Source: Gemmatimonadota bacterium
Lineage (GTDB): Bacteria > Gemmatimonadota > Gemmatimonadetes > Gemmatimonadales > GWC2-71-9
Assembly (NCBI GenBank): GCA_039588295.1
Contig: JBDHAB010000019.1
Coordinates: forward strand, 41,834 to 105,833
Reading direction: 5' to 3'
DNA length: 64,000 bases
Shown: positions 1 to 8,573 of the stretch, piece by piece
How the letters are laid out: each line of letters opens with the position of its first letter
Position numbering within the stretch: the first letter of the stretch is position 1
Made by a program: the position numbers and the translations under genes
Notes under the pieces: model-generated
Databases searched by the model: none
What the model was told of the DNA's origin: nothing
Seen by the model: only the letters and a program-made list of their open reading frames with translations

Positions 1-2
1 TC

Positions 3-413
3 ACGGCGACGGGTTCGTATGTCCCGAGCAAGCTGCAGGCGACGATTACCGAGACCGGGATCTCGCAAGACGCGGCGAGCAACACCACCCTTTGGTTCGG
101 CACCGGGCGGCTCAACGTCTGGCTGCTGCCGCCGTCGAGCATTCTGTCGATTGGCGTGAACGGCGGCGTCGGCGTTGTGGGCCGCGGCGCGACGACTGTG
201 ACCGATGACAACGGCACGACCTATACCGACCAGTCGAGAAACGACATCGGCGGCGTCGTAGGCGGCACCGTCGGCCTCAATCTCGGCGTCATCGGTGTGT
301 TCGTGTCGGTGGACGACTACATCTACAATCCAAGCGTGTTCGAACAGCTCGGTGTGAAGTCCCGGACCCAGAACGACCTTCAGTTCTCGTTCGGGTTCGG
401 CGGGAAGTTCTGA
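3..413 (+). CDS. Outer-membrane beta-barrel protein, C-terminal part (5' truncated by the window)
   Basis: Frame is open from base 3; alternating hydrophobic/polar beta strands; ends ...LQFSFGFGGKF with a terminal Phe typical of a BamA beta-signal. Confidence 0.7.
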   Translation, partial: TATGSYVPSKLQATITETGISQDAASNTTLWFGTGRLNVWLLPPSSILSIGVNGGVGVVGRGATTVTDDNGTTYTDQSRNDIGGVVGGTVGLNLGVIGVFVSVDDYIYNPSVFEQLGVKSRTQNDLQFSFGFGGKF

Positions 414-460
414 GCGAGCGTTTGACGGCAGCCCGTGCTGCCGCGACCGTCAAACGAACC

Positions 461-488
461 AAACGCCCGGCCCGTAGGCCGGGCGTTT
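461..488. terminator. Bidirectional intrinsic terminator
   Basis: AAACGCCCGGCC-cgta-GGCCGGGCGTTT perfect hairpin between convergent genes; a second hairpin at about 419-456. Confidence 0.75.
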
Positions 489-498
489 GGTGTCTCGT

Positions 499-1665
499 TC
501 AGCTCGTCCCTCCAGCTGCCTCACGCAACAGGTTTCGCGCGATCACCAATCGCTGGACCTGATTCGTCCCTTCGTAGATCTGGGTGATCTTCGCGTCCCG
601 CATGAACTTCTCGATGGGGTAGTCCTTGCAGTATCCGTAGCCGCCGAACAGCTGGACGCAGTCCGTCGTCACCCGCATGGCCACGTCGGTTGCCATGAGC
701 TTGCACATGGCGGAGATCTTGGTGATCTGCTTGTGCCCCGAGTCGATGGTTCTGGCGGCGGCATGCACGAGCTGGCGAGCTGCCTCGACCTGGGTCGCCA
801 TATCCGCCAACATCCACTGGATGCCCTGGAAGGAACTGACCGGCTGGCCGAACTGCTGCCGCTCGTGCGTGTACTGCATCGCCAAATCGAGCGCGCCTTG
901 CGCGAGTCCCACCGCCTGCGCCGCCACACCGGGACGGGCCCGGTCCAGGGTGATCATGGCGTGCTTGAAGCCGAGGCCCTCCCGCTCCCCCAGCAGGTGG
1001 TCGGCCGGGACGCGGCAATCCTCCAGATGGATCTCGACGACCGGTACGCAACGGATGCCCATCTTGTCCTCGTGCTTGCCCACGCGATAGCCGGGGGTCC
1101 CCTCCTCGACGACGAACGCCGAGATGCCGCGCGCACCCCGATCGGGATTGGTGACCGCAAAGATGGTGTTGAACGCCGCAACCGCGCCGCCGGTGTTCCA
1201 CTTCTTCTCACCGTTCAACACGTACGTGTCGCCGTCCCGCGCCGCGCGAGTGGTCATCGAGCCGGCGTCCGATCCGGCCATCTTCTCCGACAGGCCGAAC
1301 GCGATCAGCTTCTCCCCCGCCGCGATCGGAGGTAGCCAGCGCTCCTTTTGCTCATCGGTCCCACCCACGAGAATCGGGAACGAGCCCAACGCGTTGACGG
1401 CGAAGCCGACACCCATACCGCCGCAGGCCCGGGAGAATTCCTCTACCACAATGCACAGGTCGAGCACACCGCCACCGAGGCCACCGTACTCGGGCGGAAT
1501 CCAGACACCGGACAGTTCGGCCTCCTTGATCGCCTTCTGGACTTCCCAGGGATAGGTCTGCTCGACATCGTACTTGGCGGCCACGGGGCGCATGACCGTT
1601 TCGGCAAGCTCCCGAGCGCGTTCTCGAAGTTCGATTTGCTGGGCGGTGTAGAGCTCTTTGATCAT
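499..1665 (-). CDS. Acyl-CoA dehydrogenase (short/branched-chain type)
   Basis: Motifs LSEKMAGSDA, LNGEKKWNT, KMGIR, RQQFGQP, GGYGY and the catalytic IYEGT. Confidence 0.95.
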   Translation of the reverse strand: MIKELYTAQQIELRERARELAETVMRPVAAKYDVEQTYPWEVQKAIKEAELSGVWIPPEYGGLGGGVLDLCIVVEEFSRACGGMGVGFAVNALGSFPILVGGTDEQKERWLPPIAAGEKLIAFGLSEKMAGSDAGSMTTRAARDGDTYVLNGEKKWNTGGAVAAFNTIFAVTNPDRGARGISAFVVEEGTPGYRVGKHEDKMGIRCVPVVEIHLEDCRVPADHLLGEREGLGFKHAMITLDRARPGVAAQAVGLAQGALDLAMQYTHERQQFGQPVSSFQGIQWMLADMATQVEAARQLVHAAARTIDSGHKQITKISAMCKLMATDVAMRVTTDCVQLFGGYGYCKDYPIEKFMRDAKITQIYEGTNQVQRLVIARNLLREAAGGTS

Positions 1666-1812
1666 CGTAACACTCGTCTTCGGGTTCGCAGTCTTGGTGG
1701 ACCAGGGGTCGCCCTGGGATCGTACAATAGTACGGGGTGTGACGCTTCGTCGCCTGTCACCCGGGCCGGGAGAATGCGGGTCCCGCCTCCGACCGCAGGC
1801 CTCGACGCTGTG

Positions 1813-2004
1813 CTAGCCGATCTTGCCGTCGCGGTTGAGGTCCTCGCCAATCGCCTGTTCGAGTCGCAGCAACAGCGCCTGCAGCAACTCCTGCGTGTGA
1901 CGGTGCTCGACTTCGAGTCGCGCAACGCGGTCGTCCAGTGACGCCGATCGATCTTGCTGTTTGCTGATCTGATTCTGTTGGATCAAGTCCCAGAACAGGC
2001 CCAT
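1813..2004 (-). CDS. Small 63-aa coiled-coil protein with C-terminal DxNxDG motif
   Basis: GGAGG RBS upstream of ATG at 2004; MGLFWDLIQQ...EDLNRDGKIG. Confidence 0.7.
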   Translation of the reverse strand: MGLFWDLIQQNQISKQQDRSASLDDRVARLEVEHRHTQELLQALLLRLEQAIGEDLNRDGKIG

Positions 2005-2376
2005 GAGTTGACCTCCGGCCAAAGCGTGCAGTTCCTGTCGCAAAATATAGTCGGGGACTGACCGATGTCCGGCCGGGCAACGCCGCACACGTATGCCGAA
2101 GGCGTGTTGTGAGTCCGCAACGCAGAAATGGAGAAGTGTTGAGACGTCGCGCTAGCGGGTCGGCTACACTTTCAAGCAGCCGCGAGCGCACACATAGCCG
2201 CCGCCGAGCGCGGAGGACGTGCCCGGGGAGTATTTAGTGGTCAGGAGGGCGAAGACGATCATGGCGGACAACCAGCCAAGCAAGGGTGAGAAGGGGTCGG
2301 TCCTCGTCTTCGCCCTCCTCGGCCAACAGAATATGCAAGAAGCCAGCCACCCTCCGGCGCGAGGAGGTCTGCCGGC

Positions 2377-2577
2377 TCATTCGTCGGTGGGAAGCCCGCT
2401 CGGGCCCGATGTGCCGGTGGCTCGGCTCGCCAGTTCGAGCACCATGTGCCAGGGAAGCGTCAGGACTTCGGGATGGTACTCCGTGACTTGTACCTCCAGA
2501 CCTGCACGGCCATAGCGCACGCAGAATCCTTCGCGGGGAAACTCGATGGTACCTGATCTCGGAGTGCGGCGGTTCAT
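2377..2577 (-). CDS. Small hypothetical protein (66 aa)
   Basis: GGAGG RBS just upstream of the ATG; protein-like composition. Confidence 0.45.
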   Translation of the reverse strand: MNRRTPRSGTIEFPREGFCVRYGRAGLEVQVTEYHPEVLTLPWHMVLELASRATGTSGPSGLPTDE

Positions 2578-2756
2578 GCAATGCCTCCACCGTGTGTCGT
2601 ATCTGCAAGGTAGCCGCCGAAGTACGTCGCCGCCGTCTTAGGGTCCGAGGTCACCGATCCGCCACACCGATGCTATCTCGCTGTGCCCCATGTATGTTTC
2701 AACGTTAGGGTATAGGGGTGGACCGGCGGGGCCAACCACCAAGAAGGAGCGAGATT

Positions 2757-3419
2757 ATGAAGCGTGCCGTAGCGATCGTTGCGCTCTCGGCCATGACCGT
2801 GGGCTTTGTTGGTTGCGCGTCCAAAGCGCAGACCGGGACACTCATTGGCGCGGGTGGTGGGGCGGTCGTCGGCGGGGTGATCGGCAAGGCCGCTGGCAAC
2901 ACGGCTGCCGGGGTAATCATCGGCGCGGCCGTCGGCGGGGCCGCCGGAGCGATCATCGGCGGGTACATGGACCGTCAGGCAGCGGAGATGGAGCGAGATC
3001 TCGAGGGTGCCCGGATCGAGCGCATCGGCGAGGGCATCAAGGTCACGTTTGCAAGCGGTATTCTGTTTGACGTCGACAGGGCCGACCTCCGGCCCGAGGC
3101 GCAGGCGGATCTCGTCAAGCTCTCCCGCATCGTTAACAAGTACGAGGACACCAACATTCTGGTTGAGGGTCACACTGACGCGACTGGACCGGAGGACTAC
3201 AACGACCAGCTGTCGGTGCGCCGCGGTGAATCGGTGGCCAATTACGTGGTGGCGCAGAACGTCGCCAGCCAGCGGCTGAGTGTCGTGGGCTACGGTGAGC
3301 GCCAACCGATTGCGACGAACGACTCACCTGATGGCCGGCAACAGAATCGTCGGGTTGAGATAGCCATCTGGGCGAACGACAAGCTGAAGGAAACGGCCAG
3401 CAGGCAAGCGCAGCAGTAA
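2757..3419 (+). CDS. OmpA-family lipoprotein with glycine zipper (YiaD-like)
   Basis: AAGGAG RBS; lipobox FVGC; glycine zipper GAVVGGVIG/GAAVGGAAG; OmpA_C motifs VEGHTD, LSVRRGESV, NRRVEI. Confidence 0.93.
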   Translation: MKRAVAIVALSAMTVGFVGCASKAQTGTLIGAGGGAVVGGVIGKAAGNTAAGVIIGAAVGGAAGAIIGGYMDRQAAEMERDLEGARIERIGEGIKVTFASGILFDVDRADLRPEAQADLVKLSRIVNKYEDTNILVEGHTDATGPEDYNDQLSVRRGESVANYVVAQNVASQRLSVVGYGERQPIATNDSPDGRQQNRRVEIAIWANDKLKETASRQAQQ

Positions 3420-3463
3420 CGACCACGGCCACGTCGGCTTCGCCGACAAACCGTCGACGTTAC

Positions 3464-3498
3464 ACAGCCCCGCAGCTCGAGATCAGCTGCGGGGCTGT
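3464..3498. terminator. Hairpin terminator between convergent genes
   Basis: ACAGCCCCGCAGCT-cgagatc-AGCTGCGGGGCTGT, 14-bp perfect stem. Confidence 0.7.
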
Positions 3499-3522
3499 TC
3501 GTATCCGACACGCCACTCTCCG

Positions 3523-3735
3523 TTACGTCGGGCGGCTTGCAGCGCAGGCGGTCGCCACGGCCGCGGTGGGGCAGATACACTGGCATTGATTCCACGCGGC
3601 ATCAGTGCACTCCAACGTCCCGTCCTGATACACCGCTTCGGAGCGGCTGCAGGAGTACTCGCACTCGACCCCGGAATCGAGGCATGTCGTGGTGATGATC
3701 ACCAGGGCGATCAGCAGCGCTGTTCGGCGGAGCAT
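3523..3735 (-). CDS. Small cysteine-rich exported peptide / putative lipoprotein
   Basis: GAGG RBS; basic then hydrophobic signal MLRRTALLIALVIITTTC; 8 Cys in 70 aa. Confidence 0.5.
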   Translation of the reverse strand: MLRRTALLIALVIITTTCLDSGVECEYSCSRSEAVYQDGTLECTDAAWNQCQCICPTAAVATACAASRPT

Positions 3736-3945
3736 CGTTGGACCCTCACTGGCAAGGCCGATCTCACCTGCTGTACAGCTTGGGCACGGTCGATCCTCGA
3801 GTCAAGCGATTCACGGTGCTCCGGTTGTTAGTTCGCAAGGGTCAAGAGACGGTCGCGGAGGTGCCGAGCCGTTGCGCATCTTGGCAACCCCCCCATCCGG
3901 TGCGGTACATTTAGCTGGAGCCGAACCATGTGGTGGGAGGAACCG

Positions 3946-4359
3946 ATGGCCTACAAGATTCGCCGAGCCGAGTACTTCTATACCACGGTCCAGGATCAGC
4001 CAGGCGAGGGGTACGGCCTGCTATCCCAGCTCGCTGGCCTCGGAGTCAATCTGCTAGCCTTCACCGGCGTCCCCGTCGGTCCGATGCGGACACAGCTCAC
4101 GCTGTTTCCGGAGGCCCCCTCGAAACTCGTTGCCGCCGCGGATAAGGCCGGCCTTTCGCTGGACGGGCCTCACCCCGCGCTGCTCGTGCAGGGCGACGAC
4201 GAGCTCGGAGCATTGGCCCGTATCCACGAACAACTGGCGGACGCGGGCGTCAACGTCTACGCATCGAGCGGAGTGACCGATGGGCGTGGCAGCTTCGGCT
4301 ACGTCCTGTACGTACGCCCCGACAAGTACAACCAGGCGGTCGCCGCAATGGACGTGTAG
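3946..4359 (+). CDS. Tandem ACT-domain protein
   Basis: GGAGG RBS; two ACT-like repeats (DQPGEG..LLSQLA..GVNL and DELGALARIHEQLADAGVNV). Confidence 0.8.
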   Translation: MAYKIRRAEYFYTTVQDQPGEGYGLLSQLAGLGVNLLAFTGVPVGPMRTQLTLFPEAPSKLVAAADKAGLSLDGPHPALLVQGDDELGALARIHEQLADAGVNVYASSGVTDGRGSFGYVLYVRPDKYNQAVAAMDV

Positions 4360-4440
4360 CCGTGAGACCCGAAGCGCCCGGCGAGAATGCGGAGCGCTTC
4401 GGTGTCGCTCGTTAGATCTTCTTCGAGGTGGAGCCGTGCC

Positions 4441-6618
4441 CTAACGGCGAGTGGCGTCTGCCTCTTCCTCCGTTTGGTACAGCTGCTGCGTTGTCAATTC
4501 CAGCACGATGCGATCGGCATCGTAGACATGGTCCATGGCGGCTTGGATCGCGCGGACGTCGACCATGATATTCCGTCCCTGTTCCGGCAGATAGATGAAA
4601 TCCCGGGACAGGCCCTGGATGTTGCGGTCGAAGTTGAGGCCGACGAGTTCCAACTCGGGCGTCACCGCCGGGGAGCCTGAGTTCCCGCCGTAGGTATCCG
4701 CGGTAGAGACGAAGTTGAGCGGCGTCGCGAGATCCAATCCCTGAGGGGGCATCTGCCAGCGCGTTGGCAGCTCCCAATCCCCACCCGACCCGTGACTCCG
4801 GGCACGGTCATAGAGGCCGTAGAACGTCGTGTACGCCGGTGCGAGCGTCCCGTTGTACTCGTATGGCTTGACGACGCCGTCGGTGATGCGAGGTGATCGG
4901 CTGGCATCTGGCGGCACGCTGGCACCGTACACGTCGAATCGGGCACGGCCCAGCTCGGCAGCAAGCTCCCGCTCCTGCGCCGAGAGCCTCCCCGCCTCGG
5001 CCTGGTACTTGCCAAACACGGGTTGCAGGGCGGCCGCGAGTCGTAGCGCCGGATCGGACATGCCGAGCGCATCGCTTTCGACGGCGTGGGCGGTACCTTC
5101 GGCACTGCCGAGTACCGAGTTCGCGATGAGTACTTGGGCGGCGTCCCACGGTGATCGGCCGTTGAGCGCGGTGACCGTGACGGGATGGTCGGCGCCGAGG
5201 TGACGCTCGAGGTCCATGAATCGCTCGGCGAGCAGGCGGTGCTCCAGCTCCGCCGGGTGATCGCTGATGCCGAGGAGCGTCCTCCGGAGTCCGGAGACGG
5301 TCGTGGCGCCCGACTCCCGGGCCGCGAGGTACGCCAGCGCCTCCATGCCACGCCGCAACGTTGCGGACGAGAACGTCGACTGCAACGCGAAGAACGCGGC
5401 GTACTGTGCACCAAGCGACCGCTTCTGTCTCTGGATCTCGGTGATGCGATCGAACACGTCACCGTAGCGGCCGCGTAGCTCCGCGCGCGATTGGATCCCC
5501 TCTCGCAAGAGCCGCTCCGCATCTCGGCGTTTGGCCACGATGACCGGGGTGTTCAACGCCTGCAGCCTCCCGGTCGATGCCTTGAGTGAGTTGGACAGTC
5601 CGAACATCCGGTTGCGGAACCCGAGCGCCTCCGCGCGTTCCGGATGGGCCGCACGAAAGTCGCCGAGTGCATCGAGGCGGCTGCTCAGGAAGTGCACGGC
5701 CGCGGGAACCTGCACGTCGCGCTGATACTCGAGTTGCGCGACGGTGGCAAGACGGTTGGTTGGTCCGGGATTGCCGATCACGAACACCACATCGTCCTCT
5801 TCGACCCCCTCCTCGCTCCAACCGAAATAGTGATCGGTCTGGAACGGTTCGCCGGCGCGGTCGTAGACGCGGAGAAAGGCGAAGTCCAGGGCATACCGGG
5901 GGTACGTGAAATTGTCCGGATCGCCCCCGAAAAACCCCATTTGGAGCTCTGCGGCTGCTACCAGTCGGATGTCTGTGAAGCGGCGGAACACGTAGGCGGA
6001 ATACCGTCCGCCGTTGTACAGGCCAATCACCTGCACGATCACCGAGTCGCCGAGATCGGCGTGACGCTGGCGCGCCCGGTCCGTGATCCGTTCGATGACC
6101 TGGCTCCGCGCCTGGTCGCGCTCGGCGTCGCTCGTCGCACGATCCAGCGCCGCAAAGACCTCGTTGGACACGTCCTCGATGGCAATGAGTTGATCCGCCC
6201 GATACCCGGGAATGCGGCGCTCCTCCTCCAACGACGTTGCGTAGAACCCGTCATCCAGGAGGCCCTCGCCCTCGCGAGTCACACGAGCCACAACGCCGCG
6301 CACACAGTGGTGGTTGGTGGCCAGCAGTCCATGCGGTGAGACGAACGAGGCGGAACAGCCGGGAATTCTCAGCGCCGCGAGCCGCGCGCGCTCGAACCAG
6401 GCGTCGTTCGCGTCGAATCCGTAGGTCTCCGTGAAATACTCGGAGGGGGCATACTCGAACGTCCACATCTTCCCGTTGTCGAACCGGCCGGCCCGAGCCG
6501 TGTCGAGCTCGAACTGGGCGAAGAGGGGGTTGGCAGACGCCGCCGCCGCCGCCAGCGAGACTGCCAGGCAGAGGGTGCGAGGCGAAACCGTGAAGTACCG
6601 ATGCGTTGTGGGTCTCAT
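4441..6618 (-). CDS. S46 family dipeptidyl peptidase (DPP11-like)
   Basis: Signal peptide; GKMW, GCSASFVS, TNHHC (His), DFAFLR (Asp), GGNSGSP (Ser); GGAG RBS before ATG 6618. Confidence 0.92.
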   Translation of the reverse strand: MRPTTHRYFTVSPRTLCLAVSLAAAAASANPLFAQFELDTARAGRFDNGKMWTFEYAPSEYFTETYGFDANDAWFERARLAALRIPGCSASFVSPHGLLATNHHCVRGVVARVTREGEGLLDDGFYATSLEEERRIPGYRADQLIAIEDVSNEVFAALDRATSDAERDQARSQVIERITDRARQRHADLGDSVIVQVIGLYNGGRYSAYVFRRFTDIRLVAAAELQMGFFGGDPDNFTYPRYALDFAFLRVYDRAGEPFQTDHYFGWSEEGVEEDDVVFVIGNPGPTNRLATVAQLEYQRDVQVPAAVHFLSSRLDALGDFRAAHPERAEALGFRNRMFGLSNSLKASTGRLQALNTPVIVAKRRDAERLLREGIQSRAELRGRYGDVFDRITEIQRQKRSLGAQYAAFFALQSTFSSATLRRGMEALAYLAARESGATTVSGLRRTLLGISDHPAELEHRLLAERFMDLERHLGADHPVTVTALNGRSPWDAAQVLIANSVLGSAEGTAHAVESDALGMSDPALRLAAALQPVFGKYQAEAGRLSAQERELAAELGRARFDVYGASVPPDASRSPRITDGVVKPYEYNGTLAPAYTTFYGLYDRARSHGSGGDWELPTRWQMPPQGLDLATPLNFVSTADTYGGNSGSPAVTPELELVGLNFDRNIQGLSRDFIYLPEQGRNIMVDVRAIQAAMDHVYDADRIVLELTTQQLYQTEEEADATRR

Positions 6619-7020
6619 GCGTCTTCTCCGAGCGCAGGCCGGGACGTTGGCAGTGAAATCGGTGTGAAAGATACTCAGGCAGCCACGGAGGTGACGGGCT
6701 CCTGCCGAGCGTCGCGGCCAGCCGATCGAGCTATCGCAACACGGATCGCCGTGGCATCTTAAGTACTGCAACGTACGCTCTTCGAGCTGAGCCGTAGCCG
6801 ACAACCTCTCGATCGTGACCACCGTGCTGATCGACGAATCTGAACAACACCGTCCACCGCGCGTACGGGGATTTGCCCAACAGTGCGTACATCATCGCGC
6901 GGGTTTGCACCATTGTACCCAAGGACCTTTGCGCGGACTCAACCGACTGGCGTTGAATCCTATGAACGGCTCTCGAAGGGCGGCCATGGCGGTGAGCTGG
7001 CTGCGGAAGGCTCGATAAGC

Positions 7021-7464
7021 GTGTCGTCGCATCAACCCAGGCTCTCCGCCCGCGCCCGGGCACAGCTCGGTGTGCTCCAGGAAGCGCGACATAAGCTGGA
7101 TCGCATGCGGGCGCTCGTGGAGCAGGCCAAGGCAAGAAAGTCCGGCGTCTTTCGACACGGCGGCGGGTCGTCGAGCTCCGCCGATCGGGTCGCCCAGACC
7201 CTGCTTGCGCAGGTTGGCCGCACGGCGCTCGACGTCGGCAAGCTCTTGGAGGAGCGCGGGTACAAGGGTCTCTCCGAGCAGCTGATTGAGTTCCAGCAGC
7301 TGGCGCGGCGCAAGGGGAACGTGCCGCTCTCCACCTACCACCGCATGCGTGAGATTGTGAACGCGGTCCACGGCAGCATCGATGTGGCGGAGCGAGAGAT
7401 CAACCAGGAACGCTGGTCCCAGGTCGACGTCGAGCGCCCGCCGGAAGGAAGCAGTGAGGGCTAG
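7021..7464 (+). CDS. Hypothetical alpha-helical protein
   Basis: Helical ORF; GTG start with GGAAGG upstream (start uncertain; frame open from 6883). Confidence 0.55.
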   Translation: MSSHQPRLSARARAQLGVLQEARHKLDRMRALVEQAKARKSGVFRHGGGSSSSADRVAQTLLAQVGRTALDVGKLLEERGYKGLSEQLIEFQQLARRKGNVPLSTYHRMREIVNAVHGSIDVAEREINQERWSQVDVERPPEGSSEG

Positions 7465-8135
7465 GGCTCCCCGCCTTGATCGGTGAGAACCGAGTTGGCT
7501 ACAAACCCCACCCGCTCACCGTCCACGAACACCGACCACCACCCAAGCCGCAGCATCGCCACCTCGACCCGCTCCCCGGGCTGGAGGACCCGTATTACAG
7601 CAGACGGCACGCGCGGTGCCCCACGGAGGTTCGCCCAGGTTGTGGCCCAGCGTGTCTGCGTGGGTGGCAGTTGGGGCGTTTGGGCGGCCGGCAGTTGGGC
7701 AGGGCGCAGTTCCGCCTCCATCAGTGGTGCGGACGGGAGTGACTCGACGGTCGGTTGCGGCAGCGGACGTACGACGGATTCGGGAGTTGCGCTGGGCGGC
7801 GGTGAGGGCTCGCCCAACGAGGGCGCCGGAGGCGTCGTGGTGCCTCGCTGCGCGGTGAGCGCCCAGAGGCCCCACGCCGCGAGCACGAGCGCGCCGATTC
7901 CGGCGGCAGACCATATGGCGAGGCGCAGGCGTCGGCGGAACTGCCGCGGGTACCCGCAGAACTTGCACTCCGCCGTCGATCGGGCCACGAGCTTCCCGCA
8001 ACGGCGGCACTCGACAACCTGCCCGTCCTCGCTCTCTGACATCGGATTCTGCAGGAGGAGGTGCGAGCACTTGGGGCAGACGGAGGCCACGCTCAGCACC
8101 GTCTGCCCGCACTTCGGACACTTGATCAATGCCAT
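7461..8135 (-). CDS. Double zinc-ribbon + TM + Pro-rich linker + SH3b-like protein
   Basis: CPKC..CPKC and CRRC..CKFC; one TM helix; C-terminal ANLRGAP...VLQPGERVEV...WW...GFV (SH3b-like). Confidence 0.8.
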   Translation of the reverse strand: MALIKCPKCGQTVLSVASVCPKCSHLLLQNPMSESEDGQVVECRRCGKLVARSTAECKFCGYPRQFRRRLRLAIWSAAGIGALVLAAWGLWALTAQRGTTTPPAPSLGEPSPPPSATPESVVRPLPQPTVESLPSAPLMEAELRPAQLPAAQTPQLPPTQTRWATTWANLRGAPRVPSAVIRVLQPGERVEVAMLRLGWWSVFVDGERVGFVANSVLTDQGGEP

Positions 8136-8174
8136 GGGGGGCGTCTTGCGGTCTGCAGGCCCGAGGTCCGGTGC

Positions 8175-8411
8175 CTACACCTCGCGGCGCCAGTCGCGGC
8201 GGAAGACCTGCACGTGGCCACAGTGGTCACAAGCCTCGACGTGCCAGAGCACATCCGGCTCAGCGCTTGTGACGCCCAGTTTCGCCAGTCCGCCGGAACC
8301 CGAGTAGGCATCGGTCTCCAGGCGGGTTGCATAGACGCCTTGCAGACATACCCCGCAGGGTCGTTCCGGCAGGGATCGCCGCTCACGAGCTGGTGTCTGG
8401 GTTGCCGTCAT
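8175..8411 (-). CDS. Small zinc-finger protein (CxxC...CxxC)
   Basis: GGAG RBS; CGVC and CDHC motifs; lies directly upstream of the zinc-ribbon gene on the same strand. Confidence 0.6.
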   Translation of the reverse strand: MTATQTPARERRSLPERPCGVCLQGVYATRLETDAYSGSGGLAKLGVTSAEPDVLWHVEACDHCGHVQVFRRDWRREV

Positions 8412-8573
8412 GGGTGTGCTTCTCCGTCTGGACGGGTGGAGGTTGCTACCGGAACCTTAACCCGTCGCGGGGTCCTGGGCAAAGTAATCTCGGGACCCCT
8501 TCATGCGACCTTCATGGAGGCTTCATGGCAGGTGATGAAGCTCGATGGGGTCCTACCCGCCGGAGGGAGCGGC

